A stretch of 32,000 nt of DNA from Candidatus Saccharimonadota bacterium (GCA_965230905.1 OZ246396.1:570001-602000), one strand, 5' to 3'. Positions 1 through 8,643 are shown, numbered from the stretch's first letter. Notes: generated by a model not told the origin, from the letters alone. Translations and numbers: made by a program.

Positions 1-98
1 GTGTACTTAATTTTATTTTTGCCTTTTGCAACGTAAATTTTTTCTTTGGCATATAGGTATTGTTTCCCGCCGATCTTTTTAACTGAAAAGGTAGTCAT
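1..98 (-). CDS. 5' end of an unidentified CDS running off the left edge (partial)
   Basis: Reverse-strand ATG (plus-strand CAT at 96..98) opens the frame MTTFSVKKIGGKQYLYAKEKIYVAKGKNKIKY... with no stop before position 1. It is not in the ORF track because it is truncated. Only 32 codons are visible. Confidence 0.3.
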   Translation of the reverse strand, partial: MTTFSVKKIGGKQYLYAKEKIYVAKGKNKIKY

Positions 99-181
99 AA
101 TGAAGTAGTTTTTAACCCCAATTAATCCAATTATATCAAAATACAGATTAAAAATAAAGCTTTTATTAACTTATTTTACTG

Positions 182-1303
182 CTATTCTCTGGTTAAAATT
201 ACCCCTACTTCTAAAGACTCAGTTCCACTTTCGTAACGCTCTTGTTGAGCTTGGTCGATCTCTTCGAATCTTTGTTCTATGAGGCCTTGATTTTGGCTCA
301 CCACGCTGCCCGCGATTCCGGTGGCGGCGAACCAAAGGACGGTGAAGAATATGATGGCGTTGGTACTCAAGATGCTGCGATTTTTTAGGAAACTGAGACC
401 AATGAAGAAGAGAAGAAGTAGGGGCAAGAGGACGATGAGATAAACAGAAACGATGAAGACGATGTACATGAAATCGGTCGCCACGATGAAGTCTTTGAGG
501 GTGTAAGTGGTGTCGGGAATCACGCCGCCGGAGAGCTGCCAAGTGAGAGCGAAGCTGAGTGCGCCGGCTCCTAAAATACCGCCGACGGCGAAGACAATAC
601 CGAGCAAAATGCGGAGCACATTTAAGAGAGCATGGAAGATTTTGCCGAGCACTTGGAAGAACTGGGTGAGCAGCAGCTTTCCTTTAGCCCCGGCGTCTTT
701 TACGCCACTTAGATCTTTTTTTTTTAAGTTCTCGACGCCTTTTTTCACGGATTTTTCGATCTCATGAAGGGTGAGGCGTTCGCCGCGCATCTCTGCTTTT
801 TGAGCCGTGGTTTCGGCCACGGGCATAATGAGCCACAAGATGACGTAAATCACGATTCCAAAGCCGCCAAATAAAATAGTGATGAAGAAAATGAGGCGTA
901 CGAGCACGGTTTCGATGCCAAAGTAGGCGCCGAGGCCGCTGCAGACTCCGGCAATGATTGCGTCGTCGGGGTCGCGATAGAGTTTTTTCTCGCCAGCTTC
1001 CTTGGGTTCGTCTGGAACTTCATCGTCATCCTCTTCCTCGCTCATTTTTTTGAAATCTTTCAAGGTGCCGATTTGTTCAATAATTCCGTCTACATCTTTT
1101 TCGGTCACGGCTCCGTCCTTGTTCTTCCGCTTGGAAAATTTCTCCGCAATGCTGGCTTCCAGATCTTCCACAATTTCGTCGCCGTCTTTGTCTTTGGAGA
1201 AATATTTCTTAATGGAGTCGAGGTAGGTTGAGAGTTTTTCGAAGGCATCGTCCTCCACATTGAAGACCATGCTGCCGATGGTGATGTTAATGACTTTTTT
1301 CAT
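182..1303 (-). CDS. PspC-domain membrane protein (envelope-stress family)
   Basis: 373-aa track ORF. The central segment KKLYRDPDDAIIAGVCSGLGAYFGIETVLVRLIFFITILFGGFGIVIYVILWLIMP matches the PspC-domain pattern. Several further TM helices follow. Its start overlaps the padR stop (ATGA at 1300..1303). Confidence 0.85.
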   Translation of the reverse strand: MKKVINITIGSMVFNVEDDAFEKLSTYLDSIKKYFSKDKDGDEIVEDLEASIAEKFSKRKNKDGAVTEKDVDGIIEQIGTLKDFKKMSEEEDDDEVPDEPKEAGEKKLYRDPDDAIIAGVCSGLGAYFGIETVLVRLIFFITILFGGFGIVIYVILWLIMPVAETTAQKAEMRGERLTLHEIEKSVKKGVENLKKKDLSGVKDAGAKGKLLLTQFFQVLGKIFHALLNVLRILLGIVFAVGGILGAGALSFALTWQLSGGVIPDTTYTLKDFIVATDFMYIVFIVSVYLIVLLPLLLLFFIGLSFLKNRSILSTNAIIFFTVLWFAATGIAGSVVSQNQGLIEQRFEEIDQAQQERYESGTESLEVGVILTRE

Positions 1304-1626
1304 GAGTTGAGGGAATTAATAGAGGTGTATAGAGATTTCCAGGTGTCTTTGAGGCTTTCGAGTGCGCTGCGGCCTTTGTCCGTGAGCTTGTAGTATTTGC
1401 GGGGCGGACCGGACTTGGATTCTTTCCACGCGTACTCCACCAGTTCCTGCCGTTTTAGGCGGCTGAGTAGGGGGTAGAGCGTGCCTTCCACCACAATCAG
1501 TTCGGTGCCGCGCAGTTTTTTAAGAATGTCTGAAGCGTAGAGTTCCGCACCCTCAATCACCGCCAAAATCGCGAACTCCAAAATACCCTTCCGCATTTGG
1601 GCCTGAATATTTTCTAAGTAGTCCAT
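1300..1626 (-). CDS. PadR-family winged-helix transcriptional regulator
   Basis: 108 aa. GILEFAILAVI...YASDILKKL...VVEGTLYPLLSRLKRQELVEYAWKESKSGPPRKYYKLTDKGR is the canonical PadR wHTH signature. Translationally coupled to the downstream PspC-domain gene. Confidence 0.9.
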   Translation of the reverse strand: MDYLENIQAQMRKGILEFAILAVIEGAELYASDILKKLRGTELIVVEGTLYPLLSRLKRQELVEYAWKESKSGPPRKYYKLTDKGRSALESLKDTWKSLYTSINSLNS

Positions 1627-1634
1627 GGGTGCAG

Positions 1635-1660
1635 TGTATCACTCAGTACTATGCAATACA
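1635..1660. promoter_or_regulatory. Imperfect palindrome upstream of padR, candidate PadR operator
   Basis: TGTATcaCtcAGTACTatGcaATACA: outer TGTAT/ATACA arms and a central AGTACT palindrome, 9-34 nt upstream of the padR ATG (1626). This is a sequence observation only; binding is not demonstrated. Confidence 0.35.
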
Positions 1661-1691
1661 AGGGCTAGTGGTGGGTGCGGAAGGCGGACTT

Positions 1692-2372
1692 TTAAAATAA
1701 AGCAAAGCGGACATCCCAGCCGGCGCGCAGCAGAGTGCTCATCACGGGGCTTTTTATTTCGCCGGGAACAAAGCGGTAGTCGTAGAGTTTGCCGAGGCTG
1801 AAATTTTCACGGATGCCCCAGGCTTTGCCGATGGAAAATTGCATCATGATTCCCCGGAAAAAAGTGAAACTTTGATGAAAGCCCTTTATGCCCAGGCTCC
1901 ATTCTATGCGAGTTTCCATATCGATGAGACGAGCTTCATGTTTTTCTGGACTGAAAATAATGTGGAGGCGATAGTTCCCGCTCATACCTGCCTTTTTGAA
2001 AAGTTCCCACCACACCGCGTCCACATATTTCCAGGTGATAACGAAGTGATTCGGCTTTTTTTCGGTGATCGTTAGGGGGGCATCAAAGTTGTTTATATTG
2101 AGGAATTCTGCCCTGAGTTTTTCATACGGCAGTGGCTCCACGGGATCTGCCTTAAAAAACCAGATTTTTTTAGTGAGCCAAAAGAACCAGGGAAGGTAAA
2201 AGACAAAGGCGCCCACGCCCCAAATGCCCAGGGCAATTCCTTTTGCATCTCCGTCCAGCATTAGGAGCGGGGGCAAAAGAAGGGCATACAGCCCCATGTA
2301 GAGGAGTATGCCCAGGAAGGACAAGACGGCTTTTTTCCCGATGCCCGGAGATTTAGTATCCACTGTAGTCAA
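1692..2372 (-). CDS. Hypothetical membrane protein (2 N-terminal TM helices plus soluble domain)
   Basis: 226-aa track ORF. Hydrophobic stretches AVLSFLGILLYMGLYALLLPPLLML and IALGIWGVGAFVFYLPWFFWL. No family recognised. Its start overlaps the upstream lipoprotein gene by 20 nt. Confidence 0.6.
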   Translation of the reverse strand: MTTVDTKSPGIGKKAVLSFLGILLYMGLYALLLPPLLMLDGDAKGIALGIWGVGAFVFYLPWFFWLTKKIWFFKADPVEPLPYEKLRAEFLNINNFDAPLTITEKKPNHFVITWKYVDAVWWELFKKAGMSGNYRLHIIFSPEKHEARLIDMETRIEWSLGIKGFHQSFTFFRGIMMQFSIGKAWGIRENFSLGKLYDYRFVPGEIKSPVMSTLLRAGWDVRFALF

Positions 2373-3327
2373 GGTAGTAGTTGTAGTCGTCTACCATGTA
2401 GTTGTAAGAATCGAGCAGGTCAGAGTAATCCCAGTCCACGCTGGTCAAGTCGGCGGCTTCAAAGTTACGGATGCTTCGCTTAACGATGGGGAGGAAGGTT
2501 TGATCGATTTCGGTATAGAAGGTGTCGTAGTAGTAAGAAACGCTTTCACCAGGTTCATAGCTGGCGTGCTCCGTAACGGTAAGCTGGAGGGCGTCGTATA
2601 GAGTTTGCACTTGGGCTGCCACTCCGTCGGTGGTTCCTGCAATTAAATTGGTGTCGATCACATCTAGGATTTCATCGGCTTTATCCATGTCTTTGTCCAT
2701 GTTGTCGATGCCCACGCTAATGGGGTCTGAAGGGTCCACTTCCCAGCTGCTGTAGACGCTAAAGGCCTCGTCCACGTCCTCCAAAAGCTCGTTGTGCGCG
2801 GTGTAGTAGCTGTCGATCAAAAGGTAGGCTTCGTCCATTTTTGCGTAGAGGGCAACGAAGTCGTCGTCTTTGTAATCTTGAGCGGTTACGTGACGGTTGA
2901 TGTCTTCACACAAAGTTTTGAGCTGGCTGAGCGTGCTTAGAATCCCAGTGCCTTGAGCACCAAGATTGCTGATTTCTTCCGTGGTCAGACCCACGGGATT
3001 TTCTACATCGTAGGCCAAGGTCGTGTCGTAGCTTTCGTAGTCGAAGTAGCAGTAGAAGGTGGGTTCGTAGACACCTGGATCGTAGTAAAGAATGTCGTCT
3101 TCCAGGTAGTAGAGACTGTCTTCAAGGCTGCTCACGTTGTCGTGACCGGCATTGAGGAGGTCGATGTAGCGGTTCAAGCTGTCGCTGGCGCTGAAACTGT
3201 AGTCATCGTAGACCTCAGTCTCTTCACCACTGAGATTGCTTTTGAGCTCATCCAAAAAAGTACAGGAAGAGAGTAAGAGCAAAGAAGCCAGCACGGTTCC
3301 TTTGACGAGTCGGGATGCGTGGGACAT
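2353..3327 (-). CDS. Acidic Asp/Tyr-rich lipoprotein, unknown function
   Basis: 324 aa. Signal peptide with lipobox LLLLSS-C (MSHASRLVKGTVLASLLLLSSCTF). The mature part is very rich in D/E/Y (e.g. DWDYSDLLDSYNYMVDDYNYYLDYSGY at the C-terminus). Confidence 0.7.
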   Translation of the reverse strand: MSHASRLVKGTVLASLLLLSSCTFLDELKSNLSGEETEVYDDYSFSASDSLNRYIDLLNAGHDNVSSLEDSLYYLEDDILYYDPGVYEPTFYCYFDYESYDTTLAYDVENPVGLTTEEISNLGAQGTGILSTLSQLKTLCEDINRHVTAQDYKDDDFVALYAKMDEAYLLIDSYYTAHNELLEDVDEAFSVYSSWEVDPSDPISVGIDNMDKDMDKADEILDVIDTNLIAGTTDGVAAQVQTLYDALQLTVTEHASYEPGESVSYYYDTFYTEIDQTFLPIVKRSIRNFEAADLTSVDWDYSDLLDSYNYMVDDYNYYLDYSGY

Positions 3328-3368
3328 AGCGTTTATGCTTAAAAAATAGTAGAGTTCATGCGTATTCT

Positions 3369-4073
3369 ATGAAGTTTATGACTGTTCGTCTAATGGAAAT
3401 CGATGCGCTGCGCGGACTTGCGATTCTTTGCATGGTGCTTTTTCATGCGGCCTATGATGCGATGATGCTGGGGATGCTCGATTTTGAACCTTACGGCTGG
3501 CCTCTCATTATTTTTGTGCGCGCGGTGCAGTTTTTATTTTTGGGACTCGTGGGCGTGAGCGTGGCACTTTCGGGGCGCGGGTTTGCGGGGCAGGCGAGGC
3601 GCGGCGCGTGGATTTTTTGCGCGGGAATGCTGGTGACTTTGGCGACGTGGATTTTCTTCCCCACGGAATTTGTGCGCTTTGGAGTTTTGCATTTGATTGG
3701 AGTTTCCGTGCCCATTGTTGCGCTGTTTAAAGAGCGGCGGGTTTTGGCGGTTTGCATGGCGCTGGCGAGTTTTTTTGTGGGGCAGGTTTTGAGTGGCATG
3801 ACGGTGGAAAGGGGCTGGCTGTTTTGGCTGGGGCTGCGAGAGGCGGGTTTTGCGTCGCTGGATTATTTCCCGATTTTCCCGTGGATTGCTGCGCCACTCG
3901 TTGGGCTGGTGGTGGGGGAATGGGTGTATAGGGGAAGGCAGCCAACGCGCTTGGCTGTTTTGGCTAAGCTGCCCGGTTTAACGGCTATGGGAAGGCATTC
4001 TTTGGCAATTTATTTGTTGCATCAGCCCGTGCTTTACTTTACCTTGTGGGGGCTCAAATCTTTTTATAATTGA
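3369..4073 (+). CDS. Polytopic membrane protein, DUF1624 / heparan-alpha-glucosaminide N-acetyltransferase-like acyltransferase family
   Basis: 234 aa. The N-terminal R(x)[18 protein letters not shown] pattern plus about 7 TM helices is typical of that family. The start could also be a downstream Met (3378 or 3393). Confidence 0.65.
   Translation: MKFMTVRLMEIDALRGLAILCMVLFHAAYDAMMLGMLDFEPYGWPLIIFVRAVQFLFLGLVGVSVALSGRGFAGQARRGAWIFCAGMLVTLATWIFFPTEFVRFGVLHLIGVSVPIVALFKERRVLAVCMALASFFVGQVLSGMTVERGWLFWLGLREAGFASLDYFPIFPWIAAPLVGLVVGEWVYRGRQPTRLAVLAKLPGLTAMGRHSLAIYLLHQPVLYFTLWGLKSFYN
4065..4070 (+). promoter_or_regulatory. -10-like hexamer TATAAT upstream of pdxS
   Basis: Perfect TATAAT, 16 nt upstream of the ATG at 4087 and 7 nt upstream of the TTG used by the ORF track. 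No SD motif lies in between. Confidence 0.3.
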
Positions 4074-4086
4074 CACTTTGTGTCCG

Positions 4087-4950
4087 ATGAACGAAACAGG
4101 ACAAAATTTGGCTCAGATGCTCAAAGGCGGCGTTATTATGGACGTCACCACTGCGGAACAAGCTCGCATCGCGGAGGCGGCGGGGGCGTGTGCGGTGATG
4201 GCGCTTGAACGAGTGCCTTCGGATATTCGCAGAGATGGTGGGGTGGCGCGCATGAGTGACCCAAAGATGATCAAGGAAATTCAAGCGGCCGTGACGATTC
4301 CGGTTATGGCAAAAGTGCGAATCGGGCACACCATGGAGGCGCGTATTTTGGAGGCGCTGGACATTGATTTTATTGATGAGAGTGAGGTGCTGACGCAGGC
4401 GGATCCTTTTATGCACGTGGAAAAAAGTGAGTTCAAAGTGCCGTTTGTGTGTGGGGCGAAGAATTTGGGAGAAGCACTTCGGCGGATTGCGGAGGGCGCT
4501 TCGATGATTCGGACGAAGGGCGAGGCGGGAACGGGAAATATTGTGGAGGCGGTGCGGCACATGCGCACGATTGATGCGGAAATAAATGCACTGAAACGGA
4601 TGACGATTCCGGAACTGATGAAGGCCGCGGAAGAGATGCGTGTTTCCATGCAGCTCGTGGAAGTGGTGCGCGACCTTGGGCGCTTGCCGGTGGTGAATTT
4701 TGCTGCCGGAGGTGTGGCCACGCCCGCGGATGCGGCGCTGTGTATGGAACTGGGATGTGATGGAGTTTTTGTGGGCAGCGGAATTTTTAAAGCAGCGGAC
4801 CCGGCGCGTATGGCGCGGGCGGTGGTGGAAGCGGTGATTCACTGGGACGACCCGGCAAAACTTGCTGCGATTTCCGAAGGGCTTGGCGAAGCGATGCCGG
4901 GACTGGAGATGGGCACCCTGGCAGTGAGGATGCAGGAGAGGGGGAATTGA
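4087..4950 (+). CDS. pdxS: Pyridoxal 5'-phosphate synthase, lyase subunit PdxS
   Basis: [52 protein letters not shown]...AKVRIGH...[11 protein letters not shown]...[13 protein letters not shown]... is unmistakably PdxS/SNZ. The track start at 4078 is a TTG; the ATG at 4087 is preferred. Confidence 0.95.
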   Translation: MNETGQNLAQMLKGGVIMDVTTAEQARIAEAAGACAVMALERVPSDIRRDGGVARMSDPKMIKEIQAAVTIPVMAKVRIGHTMEARILEALDIDFIDESEVLTQADPFMHVEKSEFKVPFVCGAKNLGEALRRIAEGASMIRTKGEAGTGNIVEAVRHMRTIDAEINALKRMTIPELMKAAEEMRVSMQLVEVVRDLGRLPVVNFAAGGVATPADAALCMELGCDGVFVGSGIFKAADPARMARAVVEAVIHWDDPAKLAAISEGLGEAMPGLEMGTLAVRMQERGN

Positions 4951-4952
4951 GC

Positions 4953-4958
4953 TATAAT
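4953..4958 (+). promoter_or_regulatory. -10-like hexamer TATAAT upstream of the 86-aa orphan ORF
   Basis: GCTATAAT lies immediately after the pdxS stop and 27 nt before the ATG at 4986. The same GCTATA(A/C)T octamer recurs before pdxT (5431..5438). Confidence 0.25.
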
Positions 4959-4985
4959 TGAAAGCATTTTTTAACTGAACAAGCT

Positions 4986-5246
4986 ATGTATACGCCCAGA
5001 TTTCAACCCGACGAGATTGAAGAACAGTTAAAAGTAGGGGATCGAGTTGATTGGTGTGGACAGCCTTGCATAGTACGTAAAATTGATAAGAGTCAGGATA
5101 AAGCGATTACCCTTGAGAATCTCTTAAACAAGGGGGACATTTTTTCTGTCGAGTTTGCAGAGATTAATGACATTACTGGCACTGCTGTCGCTAATTCTGC
5201 GCTGTCGAGAGTTATTGATGGGCTCCGTCGGGCGATACTGGGTTAA
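4986..5246 (+). CDS. Orphan 86-aa protein, unknown function
   Basis: Track ORF with an ATG start. About 40% GC by hand count of one line, versus about 55-58% in pdxS/pdxT. No recognisable motif. It sits between pdxS and pdxT. Confidence 0.45.
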   Translation: MYTPRFQPDEIEEQLKVGDRVDWCGQPCIVRKIDKSQDKAITLENLLNKGDIFSVEFAEINDITGTAVANSALSRVIDGLRRAILG

Positions 5247-5272
5247 GGCTCTGAATGCGGGTTAGGCACGAA

Positions 5273-5308
5273 GTTTACAGTAAATCTACGAGTTTGGTTT
5301 ACAGTAAA
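5273..5308. repeat. Two copies of GTTTACAGTAAA, each containing the 11-bp palindrome TTTAC-A-GTAAA
   Basis: Exact 12-mers at 5273..5284 and 5297..5308 (24-nt period). The palindromes have a 1-nt centre, so they look like protein-binding sites rather than RNA hairpins. Confidence 0.5.
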
Positions 5309-5332
5309 CGTTACTGGAGTTTAAAGTGCTTC

Positions 5333-5380
5333 ATTTGTGCCCGGGCACAAATTCTTGAAAGTCTGCGGTCGCAGACTTTT
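5333..5380 (+). terminator. Tandem perfect palindromes/hairpins; the second is terminator-like
   Basis: ATTTGTGCCCGGGCACAAAT (5333..5352) is a perfect 20-bp palindrome. AAAGTCTGCG-GT-CGCAGACTTT (5358..5379) is followed by T, giving a TTTT run. Both lie downstream of the 86-aa ORF. Confidence 0.4.
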
Positions 5381-5432
5381 GGAGTCAAATAATGGCTCAA
5401 GAAAGCCGTTTTGGTTTTAAAAGTTCCTAGGC

Positions 5433-5438
5433 TATACT
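5433..5438 (+). promoter_or_regulatory. -10-like hexamer TATACT 6 nt upstream of the pdxT ATG (possible leaderless transcript)
   Basis: GCTATACTgccaccATG. There is no SD motif, and the spacing would place a transcription start at or next to the A of the ATG at 5445. Confidence 0.3.
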
Positions 5439-5444
5439 GCCACC

Positions 5445-5957
5445 ATGATTGGAATTTTAGCGATTCAAGGAGGCTACATTGAGCACGAGCGGGTTCTGGA
5501 CCAGCTGGGGCTTTTGCATAAACGAGTGCGCTCGCTCGCGGACACGGAAGGTCTCACGGGTTTTATTGTTCCAGGAGGGGAGAGCACCGTGATGGATTTG
5601 TTTATGGAAAAATATGGCTTGGATGCATGGCTGAAAAGTCGGCCGGCGGATTTCCCGATTTATGGGACCTGTGCGGGGATGATTTTGCTGGCGCGGTATG
5701 GTTTGCTTCCGCTGAAAGTGGAACGCAACGCGTATGGGCGGCAGAGCGCGAGTTTCACGGCTACTTTGAAGATGGGCGGCGGCGTGGTGAAAGGACATTT
5801 CATTCGGGCGCCTAAAGTGACGGACAGTGGCGACTGCGAAGTTTTGGCCACGCACGAAGGCACGCCGGTTTTACTGCGGCGGGGGCGCATTTGGGCCAGC
5901 AGCTTTCATCCTGAGCTGGCGAGGGAAACTGCGCTTCACCGGGCTATTTTTTCGTGA
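5445..5957 (+). CDS. pdxT: Pyridoxal 5'-phosphate synthase, glutaminase subunit PdxT
   Basis: IGILAIQGG...VPGGESTVM...YGTCAGMILLA (catalytic Cys)...NAYGRQSASF...FIRAP...SSFHPEL (His/Glu) fits the class I amidotransferase PdxT pattern. 170 aa, slightly short. Confidence 0.93.
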   Translation: MIGILAIQGGYIEHERVLDQLGLLHKRVRSLADTEGLTGFIVPGGESTVMDLFMEKYGLDAWLKSRPADFPIYGTCAGMILLARYGLLPLKVERNAYGRQSASFTATLKMGGGVVKGHFIRAPKVTDSGDCEVLATHEGTPVLLRRGRIWASSFHPELARETALHRAIFS

Positions 5958-5985
5958 TAGGGTGTGGTGGCTTTTAACACACTCT

Positions 5986-7632
5986 ATGAATCTACGCCGA
6001 AATCTATTTATCGCGCTCAGTTTAACCGTGCTGCTCACCGCTTGTGGAAGCAAGGGCGACCAAGCCATTCACTTTAGTAACGAGGGGCTGATTCCCGAGG
6101 CTTATTTGCCCGCTGATGTGGGTTTGTTGGTTTCGTATTCCACTCGCAGCGATGAACAATTCACGGCTATTCAAGCGCTGGAGAGCAGCCTGGGGGACGA
6201 AGACCGTATTTCCGAAACCGCTTCTGAAACTTTGGATAAGGAACTGGGAGCAATGGGCTTGGACTTTGAACGCGATTTGAAGCCGGCGTTTGGAGAACGT
6301 TTCCGTATGATTTACGCCCTGCGTGCGACCGAAGACGATCCTGAAAATTTCACGGTGATCACTTTGGAAGAGCCTTCTAAAATGAGAGACGTATTGCAAA
6401 CTTTGTCCGATGCCGAGCAATTGTCCTATAAAAAACTCAGCGACATTGAAGCCTATATTTCTAAAGATTCTACCGTGTATTTAACGGTTTATGAGGATTT
6501 ACTTTTTGTGACCAGCAACGCAGAAAATTTGGTGGCCATGACCGAGCAAGAGGAGGAAACGAGTTTGTGGGAAGTGGAACTCTACCAAGAAACGGTGGAG
6601 GAAGTGGGCGTGGATTACACGGTGTTTGGGGTGATGTATCCTTCGCTTTACAGCCAGGATTTGTCTTTGCTCGCCGGGTTCTCCGTGAGCGACATTCCTT
6701 CGGTGGTGGACAGGCAAGTGGTGGTGGTCCGGGCGGAAGCGGAGGGACTTCGTTTTGACGCTTGGATGAATGCGAATAAATCCAAAGCCAAAGAGGCCGG
6801 TATTTCTTTCGACAGCGTGCCAAGGGAAGAACCTTATTTGTTTGAAGAAATTCCAGCGGACGGACTTTTGGCCTACTTTGAATCCTACGGACTCGCGCAG
6901 ACTTTTGCTCAAGCGGAAGCGGTGGGCGACGACACGCAGAGCCTGGAACAGTTGAAGGAAGTGGTGCGCAACTATTTTGGAATGGATTTGGAAGACCTCA
7001 TGAGCTTTTTGGACAAAGGGTATTCCATTGCTTTGCATGGAAATGGTGGCAATGCGATTCCTGGAATCACGGTTTTCATCGACACCAGCTCCAATCCAGA
7101 AACGGCGGATGATTTTGTGAACAAACTCGACGGTCAGCTCAGCGGACTCATGGCGCTTGCGGAACAATTCATGCCGGGTGCGCTCACTAAAGATACCGTG
7201 AAACGTGGAGAAGATACTTTCTCACGGCTCACGCTCGACCTTAGCTCCTTGGCTACGGAAGGAAGTGCGGTGCCCACGGCGATCACGGCGGATGCCATTG
7301 AACTGGTTTACGGAATCCAAAACGACCGTCTGGTGATTTCTACTTTGAGCGATTGGAATAGTGAAGGCGAAACCATTGCGGAGAGTACGCTCTATCAAGA
7401 TTTGAACGCGCAGCTTATGGAACAAAATCAGGGTCTGATTCTTATAGATGCCCACGGACTTTCTAGCTACCTCGAACAGCTCCGCTCCATCAGTGGAGAA
7501 TTGGATGCCGAGAGCGAAACTCAGCTCGACAGTGTGGAGGCGTTTTTGGAAGGATTCCTGGGTCTGATGGCGCAAAGCCAAACCGATAAATACGAAAGCC
7601 ACTTTGGAGGATTCCTCATGCTCGCTGAGTAA
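5986..7632 (+). CDS. Large lipoprotein (548 aa), unknown function
   Basis: The track ORF starts at 5827 inside pdxT. The internal ATG at 5986 gives MNLRRNLFIALSLTVLLTACGSKG, a classic lipobox. The rest is acidic and soluble. No family confidently recognised. Confidence 0.7.
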   Translation: MNLRRNLFIALSLTVLLTACGSKGDQAIHFSNEGLIPEAYLPADVGLLVSYSTRSDEQFTAIQALESSLGDEDRISETASETLDKELGAMGLDFERDLKPAFGERFRMIYALRATEDDPENFTVITLEEPSKMRDVLQTLSDAEQLSYKKLSDIEAYISKDSTVYLTVYEDLLFVTSNAENLVAMTEQEEETSLWEVELYQETVEEVGVDYTVFGVMYPSLYSQDLSLLAGFSVSDIPSVVDRQVVVVRAEAEGLRFDAWMNANKSKAKEAGISFDSVPREEPYLFEEIPADGLLAYFESYGLAQTFAQAEAVGDDTQSLEQLKEVVRNYFGMDLEDLMSFLDKGYSIALHGNGGNAIPGITVFIDTSSNPETADDFVNKLDGQLSGLMALAEQFMPGALTKDTVKRGEDTFSRLTLDLSSLATEGSAVPTAITADAIELVYGIQNDRLVISTLSDWNSEGETIAESTLYQDLNAQLMEQNQGLILIDAHGLSSYLEQLRSISGELDAESETQLDSVEAFLEGFLGLMAQSQTDKYESHFGGFLMLAE

Positions 7633-8622
7633 ATGAACAAAGTACTCATTGGTCTCAACACCTACAACGATTTGCCTCTGCTCCGGGAAAGCCTCCCGGC
7701 GCTGGAGGAACTTCGTTTAAATCTGCCAGCGGACGTGGTGATTTTGGACACGGCCCACAACGACGAGGTGCGGGATTTTATTGGGAAGGCGTTTCCGAAG
7801 TTCAGCTACTTGCGCCACAAAGACGGCAATATTGGATATGGTAAAAGCTACAACGAAATTTTACGGGCGAACCCCGGCTACAAGTATTTGATGGTGGTGA
7901 CGAGTGACGTTTTGGTGAACTCCATGGTGGTGAAAACTTTTGTGGAACGAATGGAGGGGGATGCGAGCCTCACGATGTGTGCCGGCAAATTGCACCACTG
8001 GGATTTGAAGAATCACCGCAAGACTGAGCTGATCGATTCACTGGGAATTGTGGCGGAGGGGCGGCATCATTTTTATGACCGCGGGCATGGCGAAGCGGAC
8101 ACGGGGCAGTACGACGACGAGCTTGAGCGGATCTTTGGAATTTCCGGCGCCGTGTTTTTGATTCGCACGAATGTGATTTCCAAACTGCATGGTGAGGACT
8201 GGCAGCTTTTTGATGAAAACATGTGGATGTATAAGGAAGATATAGATCTTGCGTACCGGCTGCGCTGGCTGGGGGAGAACGTGGCGATTTTCCCGGAAGT
8301 CTGGGCGTGGCATGGACGAACGGTGGCGAATAAAGAGGGGAAATCGATGCGCTCGCTTAGCAAGGCGGACTCCAAAAAGCGTGACTATGCGCGTCTGCAT
8401 TCTTACAAAAATCACTTCTTAATGCTCAAAAGTAATTTCACGTGGCGTTATGGAGCGAGCGTGATATTGCGTGTGTTTGCTTATGAGTTTTTGAAAGGCG
8501 CTTATATGCTGCTGCGTCACCCCAAGGTCTTTTTTGCAGGCTTCAAAACCTTGCTTTTCACTCCCGGCAGGCGTAGTTCTAGAAAAGTCAGTGCACGGAA
8601 AATGCTTAGTTACTTTGAATAG
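7633..8622 (+). CDS. Family 2 glycosyltransferase
   Basis: 329 aa. N-terminal Rossmann-like GT-A pattern (VLIGLNTYNDLPLLRESLPAL...VVILDTAHNDE...GYGKSYNEIL...MVVTSDVLV). The ATG directly abuts the upstream TAA. Confidence 0.75.
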   Translation: MNKVLIGLNTYNDLPLLRESLPALEELRLNLPADVVILDTAHNDEVRDFIGKAFPKFSYLRHKDGNIGYGKSYNEILRANPGYKYLMVVTSDVLVNSMVVKTFVERMEGDASLTMCAGKLHHWDLKNHRKTELIDSLGIVAEGRHHFYDRGHGEADTGQYDDELERIFGISGAVFLIRTNVISKLHGEDWQLFDENMWMYKEDIDLAYRLRWLGENVAIFPEVWAWHGRTVANKEGKSMRSLSKADSKKRDYARLHSYKNHFLMLKSNFTWRYGASVILRVFAYEFLKGAYMLLRHPKVFFAGFKTLLFTPGRRSSRKVSARKMLSYFE

Positions 8623-8643
8623 GGCGTTAGCCCCACTTAAAAA

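Noticed and set aside
4054-4842. 262-aa His/Arg-rich ORF antisense to pdxS. Similar long antisense ORFs lie opposite the PBP (19779..21110, 443 aa), the 548-aa lipoprotein (6499..7167), the M16 peptidase (22084..22752) and the GH6 gene (12911..13435).
   Set aside because: The opposite strand encodes unmistakable conserved proteins in each case. The antisense products are low-complexity (H/R/G/V-rich), as expected for shadow ORFs in GC-rich coding DNA.
5392-5430. 12-codon mini-ORF (MAQESRFGFKSS*) preceded by GGAG at a 7-nt spacing, between the hairpins and pdxT; a possible leader peptide
   Set aside because: It is too short to evaluate, and no other gene in the window uses an SD motif. No attenuator-like alternative pairing with the hairpins was evident.
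5827-5985. Upstream extensions of track ORFs: 5827 (into pdxT), 13708 (into the GH6 gene), 25594 (into PTPS), 26770 (into the TK-N-like gene), 25147 (PIN) and the TTG at 4078 (pdxS)
   Set aside because: Internal ATGs give lipobox signal peptides (5986, 13939), canonical N-termini (folK at 25636, pdxS at 4087) or ATGA/TGATG coupling junctions (26887). The extensions overlap conserved neighbouring genes. The 25147 alternative for the PIN gene is kept as a caveat.
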